This document shows, piece after piece, positions 49,437-62,160 of a stretch of 64,000 bases of DNA (positions are counted from its first letter, which is position 1; each line of letters opens with the position of its first letter). The position numbers were made by a program, and so were the translations under genes. Source of the DNA: Phoronis australis (lineage: Eukaryota; Animalia; Phoronida); NCBI GenBank assembly GCA_002633005.1, contig NMRA01000196.1, positions 145,632 through 209,631 of the forward strand, read 5' to 3'. Under the pieces are notes generated by a model. It made no database searches. It was given only the letters and a program-made list of their open reading frames with translations, and was not told where the DNA came from.

Positions 49437-50459
49437 NTAAAGCACCTTTCTTTTAGTTTCAAATTTTAACAAACGATCTGTCAACTGCTCGTCACTTCGT
49501 CGATGTTTTTCCGTCAAGGCAAATCACGTCTCCTAATTTGGTATGGCAAGAAATACATATAGACATAGGACATTTCACACACAAGGAAAATGTGACCTTT
49601 AACCTTTAATTTCAAAAAACGATGGCGACTTAAAGACATACGGTCCGAGCTATAAAGGAAAAAAACTCTTAACGCCGATTTAGCCGTTTTTTGTATGACA
49701 TCAAGTTCAAAAAGTTATTAACTTTGCACGCGCGCAAAAAATGATCAGTGGATTCCTGGTTTTATTTTCAAGATTGACGCAAAAGGCTATATTAGCAGGC
49801 GACAGAACAATGATTGATTGAAATCTCCAAGATAGGGTTTAGTATCCATTTATATATCATTGAAATATATACCTTCCGGTCAATGCAAAAATTCACCAAG
49901 GCATCTAAGTCCCCCAGCACTCAGTTAAAGAGAATGTGTTTTCAAAGACCAACATGTTCACTGACTTTCAATACAAGTTATTTACGCGGAATTAATCACA
50001 AGCGCGCTGAGAGTGCTGGCACGCAACGTGCTATCAACGGCAGTGATAGACAACCTATTTATGACTGGAAAACAAGGTTTCTTTCCACAATGAAATCGAT
50101 TGTTCCTTCAACTATTCCCAACAACTCCTAGAATTTTCTCCATGACGTGAAAACTGATAGCTGACTGATCGGACGAGAGATTGATATAAACATGCACCTT
50201 CAAAAGCCCAAATATAGTCAGCTTCGTGAATTACATAAAGGATGGTGACTTTCACAATCTGTCAATATGTTGGTTTTCAGAGCGTTGCCTCCAGATCGGT
50301 GATTACCATATTTTTGAGGTCTGAAAACCAAAATAAGGACCTTGTCGTATAATATTCAACTTTACATTTTCACTATGATAATTGCTTGCAAAGACTTTAG
50401 AAACCTGTTTGTGGCATATCTTTATTGGCCAATTTCAAACCTTTCATGGTACTGATATT

Positions 50460-52182
50460 TTGGCAGTTTCTAATATTATTTTTCTTCAGTGCCAGGACAC
50501 ATGCGCACGAAAAATATTGCACTTAGTTTACGGATTGTGACAAAGAGAACTTGGAGAGGTTTCAGTTTTGATTCACAAGCAATCAATAGAAATGTCAAAT
50601 ATCAATAAAGACATTTTGGGGCATTTGTTTAACATGTACCCAAAATACACTCAAATATGAGAACCGTGAAATGTTTTGTTGGGAGATGAAAACAGGTTTT
50701 GGTTCTTATTCTAGAAATACCGCAATTCGTTTGAAAACCCAATATACTCTAAATAGTGACACAATAGAAATTATTCAGAATGCCAAAATTCTTGTTTTGG
50801 AACTAAATGCACTGGAACGATGTACAGGCAGCGAGACTGCTTCGATTTTTTACGGTGTGTGGAAAGTGAATTCAATTTGAACGTCCATGCATAAGGCATA
50901 CATGTATTCAGAAGATTAAGTCCTAACTCCGAGCTTGCGAAGTTAGTAAGTCTGGATCACGTGCGCATTGTGCAGAGTCTGAGAAATCCATTTGCCGTTT
51001 GTCATCAACTAGAGACAACTATGACAGTTTTNNNNNNNNNNNNNNNNNNNNNNNNNNNNNNNNNNNNNNNNNNNNNNNNNNNNNNNNNNNNNNNNNNNNN
51101 NNNNNNNNNNNNNNNNNNNNNNNNNNNNNNNNNNNNNNNNNNNNNNNNNNNNNNNNNNNNNNNNNNNNNNNNNNNNNNNNNNNNNNNNNNNNNNNNNNNN
51201 NNNNNNNNNNNNNNNNNNNNNNNNNNNNNNNNNNNNNNNNNNNNNNNNNNNNNNNNNNNNNNNNNNNNNNNNNNNNNNNNNNNNNNNNNNNNNNNNNNNN
51301 NNNNNNNNNNNNNNNNNNNNNNNNNNNNNNNNNNNNNNNNNNNNNNNNNNNNNNNNNNNNNNNNNNNNNNNNNNNNNNNNNNNNNNNNNNNNNNNNNNNN
51401 NNNNNNNNNNNNNNNNNNNNNNNNNNNNNNNNNNNNNNNNNNNNNNNNNNNNNNNNNNNNNNNNNNNNNNNNNNNNNNNNNNNNNNNNNNNNNNNNNNNN
51501 NNNNNNNNNTTGGCAGTTTCTAATATTATTTTTCTTCAGTGCCAGGACACATGCGCACGAAAAACATTGCACTTAGTTTACGGATTGTGACAAAGAGAAC
51601 TTGGAGAGGTTTCAGTTTTGATTCACAAGCAATCAATAGAAATGTCAAATATCAATAAAGACATTTTGGGGCATTTGTTTTAAAAATGTGATTATAAAAG
51701 CTATGTTTTATAGCAAACGATTTGAAAAGTTGCGAACTACTTTGAACCTTTATTGGACGTGTACACAGCAAAAGATGTGTTAACATGTACCCAAAATACA
51801 CTCAAATATGAGAACCGTGAAATGTTTTGTTGGGAGATGATAACAGGTTTTGGTTCTTATTCTAGAAATACCGCAATTCGTTTGAAAACCGAATATACTC
51901 TAAATAGTGACACAATAGAAATTATTCAGAATGCCAAAATTCTTGTTTTGGAACTAAATGCACTGGAACGATGTACAGGCAGCGAGACTGCTTCGATTTT
52001 TTGCGGTGTGTGGAAAGTGAATTCAATTTGAACGTTCATGCATAAGGCATACATGTATTCAGAAGATTAAGTCCTAACTCCGAGCTTGCGAAGTTAGGAA
52101 GTCTGGATCACGTGCGCATTGTGCAGAGTCTGAGAAATCCATTTGCCGTTTTTCATCAACTAGAGACAACTATGACAGTTTT
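50460..52182. repeat. Near-identical direct duplication flanking an assembly gap (N 51032-51509); probable haplotype artefact
   Basis: 50460-51031 is repeated at 51510-52182 with a few SNPs and ~100 extra bases in the second copy. Confidence 0.85.
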
Positions 52183-52775
52183 CACCTGTCTTGAGAAACT
52201 ACATGTATGAGATTCCTAGAATTCAAAATGTACCTGATGTTCCCAATAAACCATATGCTGATGACTAAACCTCACAGCGTTTTCGTGTACATGTACATGT
52301 ACATGAAAGTTCCGAGACTCCTGAAAGGCGCATAGGTCCGATACTAAATGGTCTGTGATTGTATTTTGTTTTACAAATTCACGTTCAAAGCAAGATGTGG
52401 CGGCCTCGTAATTTCGAGTAATGATTTGTCGTTTTGGGACATGGATTCGTGTATCTACCAACCGAGAATTTAAAAAATCACATGCGTTCATCCACTTCAA
52501 CGCTCCGTACGAAAGCATTAGCATCTTAAGTTAAACAAAAGTGACTAATTGCCAAGAACCGCCACTCCAACGGTAGATAAACCTGTATAATGCGTTCATG
52601 TATGTTAGAAATTTAGAGATTTCTCACGTGTCACGTAAGGAAAACTATTAAGGATCATGCATTAGTATATCGGTTGTATTAATTCATTATTTTATGATTT
52701 TATTTCTTATTTTATTCTCTTACTTTTAAAGTAAACTTAAAGCTACAACAAAAATTGTTGAACTGAAAAACGTAC

Positions 52776-52989
52776 CAAGTATAAGAAGTGTTGCTTTCAT
52801 GACGTCATGAACGACTTTCTTTGGCTTTTCATATTTTCTAATTTCCAAGATCATGTTTGTAGTTAATTCTGCCGCTGCAAGTTTCATTCTTTCCACCCTC
52901 GCAATAGACTGTAGGCGGGCCTCCGCGGCAACCACGTCGGCTCTCAACAACTTCCGCACATCACGAATTTGCTTGATTTCTTTCAAAAC
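52776..52989 (-). CDS. Type I membrane protein with dynein-MTBD-like C-terminus, exon 2
   Basis: TTTTATTGTACATGTAG|GTT (phase 0) ... CTTG|GTACGT (phase 1). VLKEIKQIRDVRKLLRADVVAAEARLQSIARVERMKLAAAELTTNMILEIRKYEKPKKVVHDVMKATLLILG. Confidence 0.85.
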
Positions 52990-54591
52990 CTACATGTACA
53001 ATAAAATGCAAGTAAAGAGATTAGTAACAGGATGCAATTGTATGCCTGCAGCCTTTTTATAATTCAATGCTTCCCAGAATACCGGCAGGGCTTCACCTCA
53101 GTAAGCTGTATCAGGGTTTTCGAAAGAGTCAGCTACTTGAAAAAGTTCCCATAATGGCTCTTTCAGTCCCCATGTACGTATTACGGGACTGTTTTGCATG
53201 CCAAGAACATTTGAAAAATTCCAACAAGATGTTTAGTTTTGTCTTAATAACCCGGCAGTTCAGAGCACTTAGAATAGATGAACGAGGTACCAACATCTAA
53301 CTATAGGGGCACTTGGAGTCGTAACGGTCAAATCGCGCAATAAGCGAGTGATTCTGGGAGACATGACTGGCAGCAAAGGGGCATGGCATCAACGGAATAC
53401 GTGACGTGAGACAGCGGCCTGTTTGGTAAAAATGTCTGAAGCGCAGTGTCGGATTAAGGTGTTGCGTGACTGTATTCTAATCTATTTTTATACAACCACC
53501 GAGTCTTTTAACCAATTCTAATGATCTGCTGGATGAAGATATTGACGGATGAGAGACTCTTTCACCAATTCTCCACCCTCTCATAGCTACATGTAATCAA
53601 TGTCACTATCGCTTGTTGTCAGTCATGGAAAATCTCCGACACCGTTATAGGCGTATCAAACTTTGACTGGTGTGGCTGTTCGAGGGGGTCACATTAAAAA
53701 CTTTCACTAAATGAAGGGTTACGCCAATTTTGCCCTCTCATGGGATTGCCACAAAATTCCCCCAGGTCGACACCAGCTTTGAGGCCAATGCTGCCGAAAA
53801 TACCCCTCCCGTTAAAGAAGTTTTGAGAACATGCCCAGTAATCGCTTTTGCATTATATCCGGGTTTTCATTCCCTTCCATTCACTCACCAGGAAAACCGA
53901 GTTCGGAGGAGTAGGAGACCCCTGTATGCAATGCTCGTTTGTTTGCCATTAAGGCCAAGACACGAATACGGGTCTTCCAAACGGGAGTCTGAGGCCTACA
54001 GTGTCATTCAGGTCGCTACCGATTTCACCCCCTTCTTTGTCTTTCCAGAATTTTCAGTTCGATGCTCAGCTGCCTGATTTTTCATGGTATACCCAAAATG
54101 TCCTAACTTTTTGACCGAATATGAGGACCCAATTGCCCAAGCAAATGCGCCTACAGCCGTATGGTCACCGCGGTTTATAACTAACCTATATTTTCACACA
54201 GGTCTACGCGATGACATGAAACGGGCTTCCGACAACTTCAGTTGACTTGCGTCTTAAAGGCGAAGGCAACCCTTTTCCATGTCATTTTGAGCTAAAATAA
54301 GGTTGGTTGGTTATCCTAGACGTATTTTCCACTTAATTTCAGCTTTTCGTAATTTTATAAATTACTCGATAGCTACGCCGGAAGTGACGTTTTAGGAGGC
54401 AAGCGTTTCCCGCTTCTTGGATTTGCGTTGACTTTACCGTGCGAATCTGTTCAATTCTACTTTTGTTTTGTGCTGTTTTTCAAGAATTGTCGCCACCACT
54501 TTTCATTGGCGAGTATTCTGCGGCAAGATAGGTTAGTAGAGAACTCAACTACGTTGGATTTAGGGATTGTTTAGTGTGTTGTAAGCTGAAA

Positions 54592-54893
54592 ATGGCTGGA
54601 GTCGGTGACCCGTATCACAGTAACACTAGTGTGACTGACGGAGACCTTGTTCAAAGCAGTGGTGACGAGGAATTTTTTCACGGACATTCAGTGGGTGGGT
54701 ACATGTTTGAGCCGAGTATAACGAGGCAGAGTACGCACAGGCACAGGCAACTGTTGAGAGAAACGAGGCGGCTACTGAGGACAGACGTGGTGACACATCT
54801 TGGTGGAAATGCACTGTGTGCGTTGTTATGCCTACGTCAATGGAATGCTGGTGCTGTTCAGAGTTCGACGAGTCCAAGCAACTACTGGACATG
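54592..54893 (+). pseudogene. Kolobok KolX (P2X7 C-terminal-like Cys-rich protein) 5' fragment
   Basis: GYMFEP, then a 1-nt frameshift, then EAEYAQ...RRGDTSWWKCTVCVVMPTSMECWCCSEFDE; truncated at the deletion junction. Confidence 0.8.
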
Positions 54894-55676
54894 GTTAAGT
54901 GGACCTCCGGCATACCACGGACAGAGGAACAACTCTCCCACTTGCCAGAATGTCCCGCGACACACTCCCACTGGATGGTGACCTGAGCACCCAACTGCTT
55001 ACATCGTGTCGTGTGACTCCCTCGCCACACACCTGTCACCTTCTAAATAGCTCCAATACAAGTCCACAATAAACTTATCAAAGTTTGGCTCACCGATCTG
55101 TTTACTGGACGACGAACTGTCCTCTTCACTGGGTGTCGAACTGAGCCTGTAATCACTCCCACTACTCAATATCGCTGCAGGGCTGCTTAGAGGCTCTGGG
55201 CTGGAGAAAACAGCACAGGGCGAATCACTACTGGTTCCAGGAATTGCACGCTCTGGGGTACGTTCGGAGGCACGGGTGACAGTAGATGAAGTGCCTCCAC
55301 TGGCTCCAGTCACTGTACTGGCCACAGCTCGCGAGGCTTCTCGCTTCAAAAACGCACTTCTCGGGGGTGGCGACGGGGCACTGCCGGGAATCAACACAGA
55401 CGGAATGGCATCCTTCTTCAAGCGTTGTTTCGCGGGGACCTTCATCAGTTCAGCGTACAAATCCCTTTCGTAATCGGACGGCAGAAAGTGCTTGCCACAC
55501 ACACGGTAATTCTCCACTGCTTTGTACGTTGCGTGGACGGGTAACGCTGCGTTCTTCACACGAACGAGCCAAGTACGGCGAAGTGTGTCATCCATCGGAA
55601 AGCGATGCAAAGGCACTCCCAAAGCGCGCGTGAGCCGATAATTACTACATCCCGGTACGCAGCAACAGTGTGGCAT
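54894..55676 (-). pseudogene. Kolobok THAP-domain transposase 5' fragment
   Basis: THAP C2CH motif MPHCCCVPGCSN...LHRFP...W...RVCGKHF...LKKDAIPS, then KFIVDL, a frameshift, and LGAQVTIQWECVAGHSGKWES..VRGMPEV. The DDE core is deleted. Confidence 0.85.
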
Positions 55677-56911
55677 GTTGACTGACTAGTAAATGAAAGC
55701 GAACGACGACGGAACTTAACACAACCGAGGTAGAACAATGACTGACTCGGCAGCTCTCACAGTCAGACTACATGAAAAGAAATTGGCGCGAAATGCTTGC
55801 CTCCTAAAACGTCACTTCCGGAGTAGCGGACGAGTAATTAATAAAATTACGAAAAGCTGTAATTAAGTGCAAAATATGTCTAGGATAACCAACCAACCTT
55901 ATTTTAGCTCAAAATGACATGGAAAAAGGTTGCCTTCGCCTTTAAAGTTCGTCAAAGTTCTGGACTAGATCAAACACCTTCTGGTTATTTTACATATTTG
56001 TAACCCGAGGCAACCGATAAATTTGAGGGCAAGGGAGACGTGTCGCGGAGATTAGGTGCATTTCTCAATTTTCTAGTGACGATTTCGATAAAAATTTGAT
56101 GTTTCAATTCAGATGAAGTAGGCAAAAAAATAGGATAAGGGATCTTTATTTTGTTCAACGCAAATTTTGGCGTGCCATTAAAATGTCGCCAAATAGAGCG
56201 ACTTCAGCTAGCCACAAATAATGAAACTTAACTTCATCAGATTTGTAGATCATAACTAAGACGAGATTCAAAGGGTGTGTCATATTTTAATGCCTTTCTT
56301 TGTAGGTGTAGACATGGAGCACAGCTCAAGTTCTTGGTGAAAAGTTTATGCTCAGTTTGGCCTGTTGTATATTTCGTCCAAGATTTGGGCGCCCACGTGG
56401 ACTCCTTATCCTAAAAGGATGATTGACCCCGGGTTTGCTAATTGAGGATTTTTTTAAAGTACTAGTTCAGTATCAAAATGACAACTGTGCTGTTCACTAC
56501 CACTAGCACTTATCTAAACGCTTATTTTATGTGCCAAATATGCAAAATTTTTCTTCAACAAAGGGCAAACTTTTATCGCCGTTTTCGATGACTCTGTCAA
56601 TTTAAAACACATTATTTTTATGCCTGTGTAGATTTTGAAACAAAACTGTATACCTATTAAATAGTCCATACCCAAGGGAAAGCGTGCCTTGGGTATTTTT
56701 TACAATCAACCTACGGGTTATCAGCTATCTGTATAATCACTTACTTAAAGAAGTTACTTAAGAAATGATTGTCATTGTTTCAGGGTAAATCAAACCTGTA
56801 AAATAATTGACGCAACATTAATCAAAGGCCAAGTGGCAGTCATTTTGTCTGGCGTGCAGCCATGCAACGCTTCTGATCAGTTAACCGACACTCAAATTTG
56901 ACTACACGATA

Positions 56912-59900
56912 TAGTCGGTGGGCCAGATTTTGTAGGGCCTCTAGAAAATGGTTTTTGTGAGTACTTTAGGGGGGCAATTTTATTTTGGTGTTTTTTAATT
57001 CATTTTTAGAGTGTTTTCAAAATCTAAAAAGTTGCCACATATAAACTTGCACATTTTTGAGAAATTTGAGTATGAAGTTACCTAATAATCACCAAAGAGC
57101 TTAGTAAACTTATATTTGTAAAAACAACAGTTTTGGTGACTTTTTTGTAAAACAAGTAATATGGTCCCATCAGTGCCATTGTATTGAACAATATTACACT
57201 CACATTGCATGTTTTATTATTGTAAATTAATTGTAAACAGTAAAATTTAAAAAACGTAAAGAGACACCTAGTGGCAAAAATGCAAACTAAGTCTGAATGT
57301 TACTTGGAAGTTATTCTGGCATTGTCAGGCAACAAAAATAACACAAAACACTTGAGACTGGGCAAAATTTGTGCCTCAATGACTAAAACATTGACTAATG
57401 GTGTAAAATACAGCTTGTTTGCATAATACACCAGAAATACGTTATAGTACAAAAACAATGTAGTTGAATGATCTCTGTGAATGTGCACAAAGACTGTATG
57501 AAAATAATAGATTATTCTGACAGCGTTTATCAAGCAGTATGAGACAAATACATGACAATGATCAAAGTATGTACTTTCTATGACTTAATCAACAAATAAA
57601 ATTAACTTTTTAATACAAAAAAGGAAATAACGGGGTTGGAGGTCTATTTAGGGTTGACTTGTCAAAGAACTATCCAATGTTATGCAGTCAGTGTTGCTGA
57701 TGTTACTACAGTTGTCACAGCTGCACATTTCTGTACAGTTTGACCCAGCATTGCAGCACAAACTCAGTTTCCCAGCACACATGTTCTTTTTGCACTTGCA
57801 GCGTTCATCGTTTAGTACTGTCAATGGAGATGCGGTCATTGCCATACATATTAACTGCAAAGCTCCACCGCCAAGGAGCCAACTATGGTCGATTAGAGAG
57901 GGTACAGCACTGCACACTGGTGATTAGCCCACAGGCAATGAAGGGTCAAACACAAAGTCATTGTTTGGAGGCGGGCACTATTTGGGCAAACGTTTGATTC
58001 AAAATATGTTACAATGGGCTGTGTTAATTAGAGTCAGCAAGTGAATTATTGAACACTAGCCTCAATTCACTTTCGTATCTCTTGGTCAGGCACAAACTAC
58101 AACAGTGAGTAGCTTCAACAATATTTCTTAAAATTGCCTGTCCAAATAACTTCATGCACACCAGCTTTCTGAAGAACAGCTTCAAAGTCTTGCTTTAGTT
58201 TTGAAAGGCAAATGATATCTCCTTGTGTTAGAAGCTTCGATTCAATGAACTCCAAACAAAACTGCTGAAAACTGTGAATTCGTCACTCTTCACAATCGTT
58301 GTCTTTCTATTTTTATAGATCTGTGGTACTTGGCTTCTGAGACACAAGGTCTTTATCTTTGAATTGCATTTGCATATTCAGGGCTCTGGACTGAGCTGTT
58401 GCTTGCGATACAAGTCCAACTGAAAAAAAACCCTAACTGTTAACACTAATTTAACATTCAACTATGAGTGAGTTGGCATGCAACTTTTTCAGACGGACTT
58501 ATCAGGAACTGATCCACCACCAGTCTAACAAATTTACATGCCGTCTGATCTGTAGCCTAATAATGTTGATAGTCTAATAATTAGATCAGTAGATGCAACT
58601 GAAAATAAATCAGCTGATATACCTGCGCAGTGATTGAAATTTAATTTTTTAAATCAGATGCTCCAACCATAGTCAATCGATTTACACTTAAGGTAATCGA
58701 CGTTTGACGAAATGGACAGTGGCTTCCATCGTACTCAAATTTAGACAGAGACGATGGACACTTGGGCACTTTAATTTAATTATCATTGCAGCTACCTAAG
58801 TAATCAATGTTTACAAAAAATTGAGACTACGGCAAGGGACGACGGCCACTTGGGTATGTTGTTTGCAACCATCTACTCCATTTAACCTTCTCAAAAATTT
58901 TTGACTTTAAAATCACACCCACAGCATAACGCCATAGGATTATCCCTTAGCGCAAGCAGTGTCGATGTGGCAACTGAATGGAGTGTTCGAAAAACAGGAT
59001 TGCAGGAGTACTTTTTTAAACTGGGAACAAATGAAAACATTAACGACCTCCTCAGAGGCATCTCTCTACGCGGTACTTTTAAACTTATAGGAACATAATT
59101 TGCCGAAAAGTATCCGGCATATGAAGTACCTATGGTATGATCATCGTCTCTACTGGGTCAGCAGTATTGCCTAAGGCCTAGGCAGCCAAGGGGCTGAACA
59201 AGTTAAAAAACAACTGGTGATAATACTGAAACACACATGGAAAACACCAAGATGTATTTTTAAAAAACACGTACCTGTTTTTGAAAGGTACTTCTTTCTC
59301 TTTCTTGAAATGTGGCCCATAATGTACTTTTCCTGCTAACAAATGATGCAATGATGTTTCAGAATGTTCCTATCTTGTTCAGGTTAATTGGGTGTTTCAG
59401 ATTTTGGAAGTATAATTGATTTTCTTCGGAAATCTTGGATAGTATCTGTATCACTTTCACCAACTTCAGCTTTAGTACTACTGTTGTTGCCTTGAAACGT
59501 TGCTATGCCGTTCTATGTCCTTTCAATTTTTTGGTCTGACACTTGGTCTTCTAGTCTACAGTACAGCACTCAGCAGTATACTGTGACTGTGTAGGCTACC
59601 AGGACATGCAGCTGTTTTCTGCACAAACGTTTGTGACACCTCTTCTTCTTTTCGATCTACTGATCTACAGAGTTCCACAGTCAATCAGCTTTCGTCAGGA
59701 AGCTTTCCTAAGCTTCTTTAGGCTCTGACATCACAATTTTGTGCTGTTTGATAAACCTTGAATTATACAGGCATCGCACTCCATGGGAGTAGCCATATTG
59801 AAGTAACTAAGCACAACAATACAATCTGGCTCTCTGATTGGTTAATTCACTAGAAAAGCGCCATCAAGTGGCAGGAATGTGCATCATATTTTGTGCAACA

Positions 59901-60054
59901 AAAACGCCTTTTTTTAAAAAAATGTGCAAGTGTAGACGTGGGAACTTTTTGGAATTTGATTTATAGGTATATTATCTAGCCACATAGAAAAAAACTAGGT
60001 TGCCCCCCAAAGAACTCACAAGGATGAACGTTATGAGATCTGGCCCACCGACTA
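56912..60054 (-). mobile_element. Academ non-autonomous element (second family)
   Basis: Perfect 17-bp TIR TAGTCGGTGGGCCAGAT/ATCTGGCCCACCGACTA with a 3-bp TSD ATA. Remnant Cys-rich C-terminus at 57648-57917 on - (RCKCKKNMCAGKLSLCCNAGSNCTEMCSCDNCSN). Confidence 0.85.
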
Positions 60055-60846
60055 ATAGTGTATCTTGTCTTCAAATAAAATCAAAGTAACAAAGAAAAAA
60101 CACGTTCATGTCTAGAGTACAACGTGTGATCACTGCCTCGCCTGTTCAGTTTTTAGAGTTCATGAATAACATCTAATGCAGGTCCAGTAAAGTCCACCCG
60201 TAAAATACATTTTAACGGATAAAAACAACTTCTTCACAGCGTTTAAAAAGCCTAGTACGAGAAGTTAGGTATCGACTATACAAAATGTACTTTCGGTCAA
60301 CGGAACCCTCTGATTTTCCAAAGAAACGTTTATTGAGGGCACTGTGACTGCAAGACACGTAAAGAATGATCCTGCAATCACCAATCGCAAAATGCACACG
60401 TATTTTTCGACTGACGGCTGCATCCAGGCTCACAAGAAAAATGGGATCAACCAACCCAGTAGTCAACAGAATTACACAGAAACTTCGCCATACAATTTGG
60501 AATTCATACAATCAAAGAAAACAATACTCCTACTGTGATCACGTGACATATGCATTTATGTCTAGACTTGATTGAATTCAACCGGTTAAGACATCTCATT
60601 GTTTCTCGATGACGACTTCCTGTTTACAGACCAATCAAATATCTTAGCCGGTTGACCCGGCGAAGGCAGTCAAGTGCAGCCATTGTCACACGCTCTCACG
60701 CCCACATTTTGGGCTTCAGGGCTTGTGCGTTATGAATGTGAAAAGACTCTTGCACATTTCTTGGTTAAAAATTTAAAGCATTCTTCGACTCAAACATAAG
60801 TTGTATTCATCTTCTCAAAAATTGATGTCAAATGTTTGCAACTTAC

Positions 60847-62160
60847 TTGTGTTATCTTCTTTATGTCTTTGTCTTCCAAAGCTTCGTTAAGCTCTTCTTT
60901 TAGTTCATAACCAAACAGCAAATCTTTTCCCCTTTGCAAGAGTCCTTCTTCAAAGCTTACCGAGTAAAATTTCACTTTGTTTATAAAGTTTTCGTATTTT
61001 GCTACTGCTCTCTCTAATTGAAACTGATTCTTCTCTGGATTATTTTTCACAGCCTCAAACAGGTCTCCCGCCAACTTTTCATTTTCCCTCTCATACTCGT
61101 CTAAAATATCAGGGCTAACATCAATCGTCATGAGATGGTCGTCTGGAGGTTCTTCAAAATTCGCTAACGAGGCAATCTCGTGAACGTTGAATACACTCTC
61201 GTCTGTGTGCGAAAAATATTTTTTGTAATCTTGTATGGTAGACACTGTTAAGGTTTTATTCATCGATTTGGTGCCACTTGCAGTTGGATTTTTCTTGTTC
61301 AAATCTAACGACTTGTTATCATTTTCGGAAAGACTGTATCTAGGCGAGGAGCTGTTTGGTGTGAAGCGTTCTTGTAGTGGGTTGCATTGGGGTCTACTGT
61401 AAGTACTTACATAATCGTTTATTGGACCCTGATTTGGTAAATCAGCAGACTCGTTATCTGTTGATTTCATCTTTCTATTAGACGGTGGAAAACCATTCCA
61501 CGAATCAGGGTTTTCATGATTCTCATTTTTCATGTTATTCGTTGGTTCACATTTCTTCTCCGAATTGATTTCACAACTTGAATTTTCTGCACAGCTTACT
61601 GATATATTGGGGTATTTAGGCCTAGGAATAACTTGTGTGTTACCCGATCCGTCAGAGGACCCGACTTTTTTCTGCATTGTACCAGCATGAGGAGATTTTG
61701 AAGGCACTTGTATGCTTGAAATTTTGTTTGCTGAAGGTTTGTTTTCAACAGCATATGTTGTTTTCTTCTTAGTCCAGTAAAAAGCACCAAGGACGGCTAG
61801 GCAGACAACACAGACGCCAGAAATTACCCCCACAGCAATGGTTGTAGGGGAGTTACCTGAGCCCTTTTCAGCAGGATTAGGAGCGACCAATCCCAGAGAT
61901 AGAGACGAATTGCCACCTGGACAAATTAAACCTTTGCAACTGAAAAGTTTCATGTGAACCGTGATTTCGTCTTTGCAGGACATCATAACAGCAGAGCCTG
62001 ATACACTGCAGGATATCAGCATCTTCAGTTGTATTATGTCATCGTCATTATTAGTGCAATGCAACTGTTCGCGAGTGGTTTCTGAGCAATCGAGAGAATT
62101 ATTCCGCGACAATACATATGGTCGTTGGAGGATGAAAATAAGAATCAGAGCTAAGTCCAT
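60847..62160 (-). CDS. Type I membrane protein with dynein-MTBD-like C-terminus, exon 1 (signal peptide, Cys-rich ectodomain, TM, cytoplasmic tail)
   Basis: 438 open codons from ATG 62160: MDLALILIFILQRPYVLS signal-like, a 6-Cys ~90-aa ectodomain, TM IAVGVISGVCVVCLAVLGAFYW followed by TKKK, an S/N/P-rich linker and helical repeats. Donor CAA|GTAAGT, phase 0. Confidence 0.85.

Larger units (their letters stand above)
54258..55941. mobile_element. Kolobok DNA transposon, internally deleted (1684 bp)
   Basis: ~155-bp TIRs starting AGGCGAAGGCAACC, TTAA TSD on both sides (54254-54257, 55942-55945), and two convergent ORFs (THAP transposase on -, KolX on +). Confidence 0.9.

Noticed and set aside
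50460-52182. Recent tandem duplication
   Set aside because: The copies directly flank an N gap and differ by a few SNPs and one indel, typical of unmerged haplotypes.
47595-52989. Fragment of a true dynein heavy-chain gene
   Set aside because: No AAA+ or long stalk exons nearby; the frame stops and has a poly(A) signal ~35 aa after the MTBD-like region.
53380-54250. Extra exon of the MTBD gene or an independent gene (ORF 53730-54077)
   Set aside because: No recognisable motifs or convincing minus-strand exon, and exons 1 and 2 already join in phase.
57648-57917. Metallothionein or tesmin/CXC host gene
   Set aside because: It lies inside an element with Academ TIRs and TSD and follows the decayed transposase C-terminal pattern.
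60847-62160. The membrane protein as the cytokine's receptor (a ligand-receptor cluster)
   Set aside because: The ectodomain is only ~90 aa with no FNIII/WSxWS, there is no juxtamembrane proline-rich Box1, and YSRPQ is not a YxxQ site.
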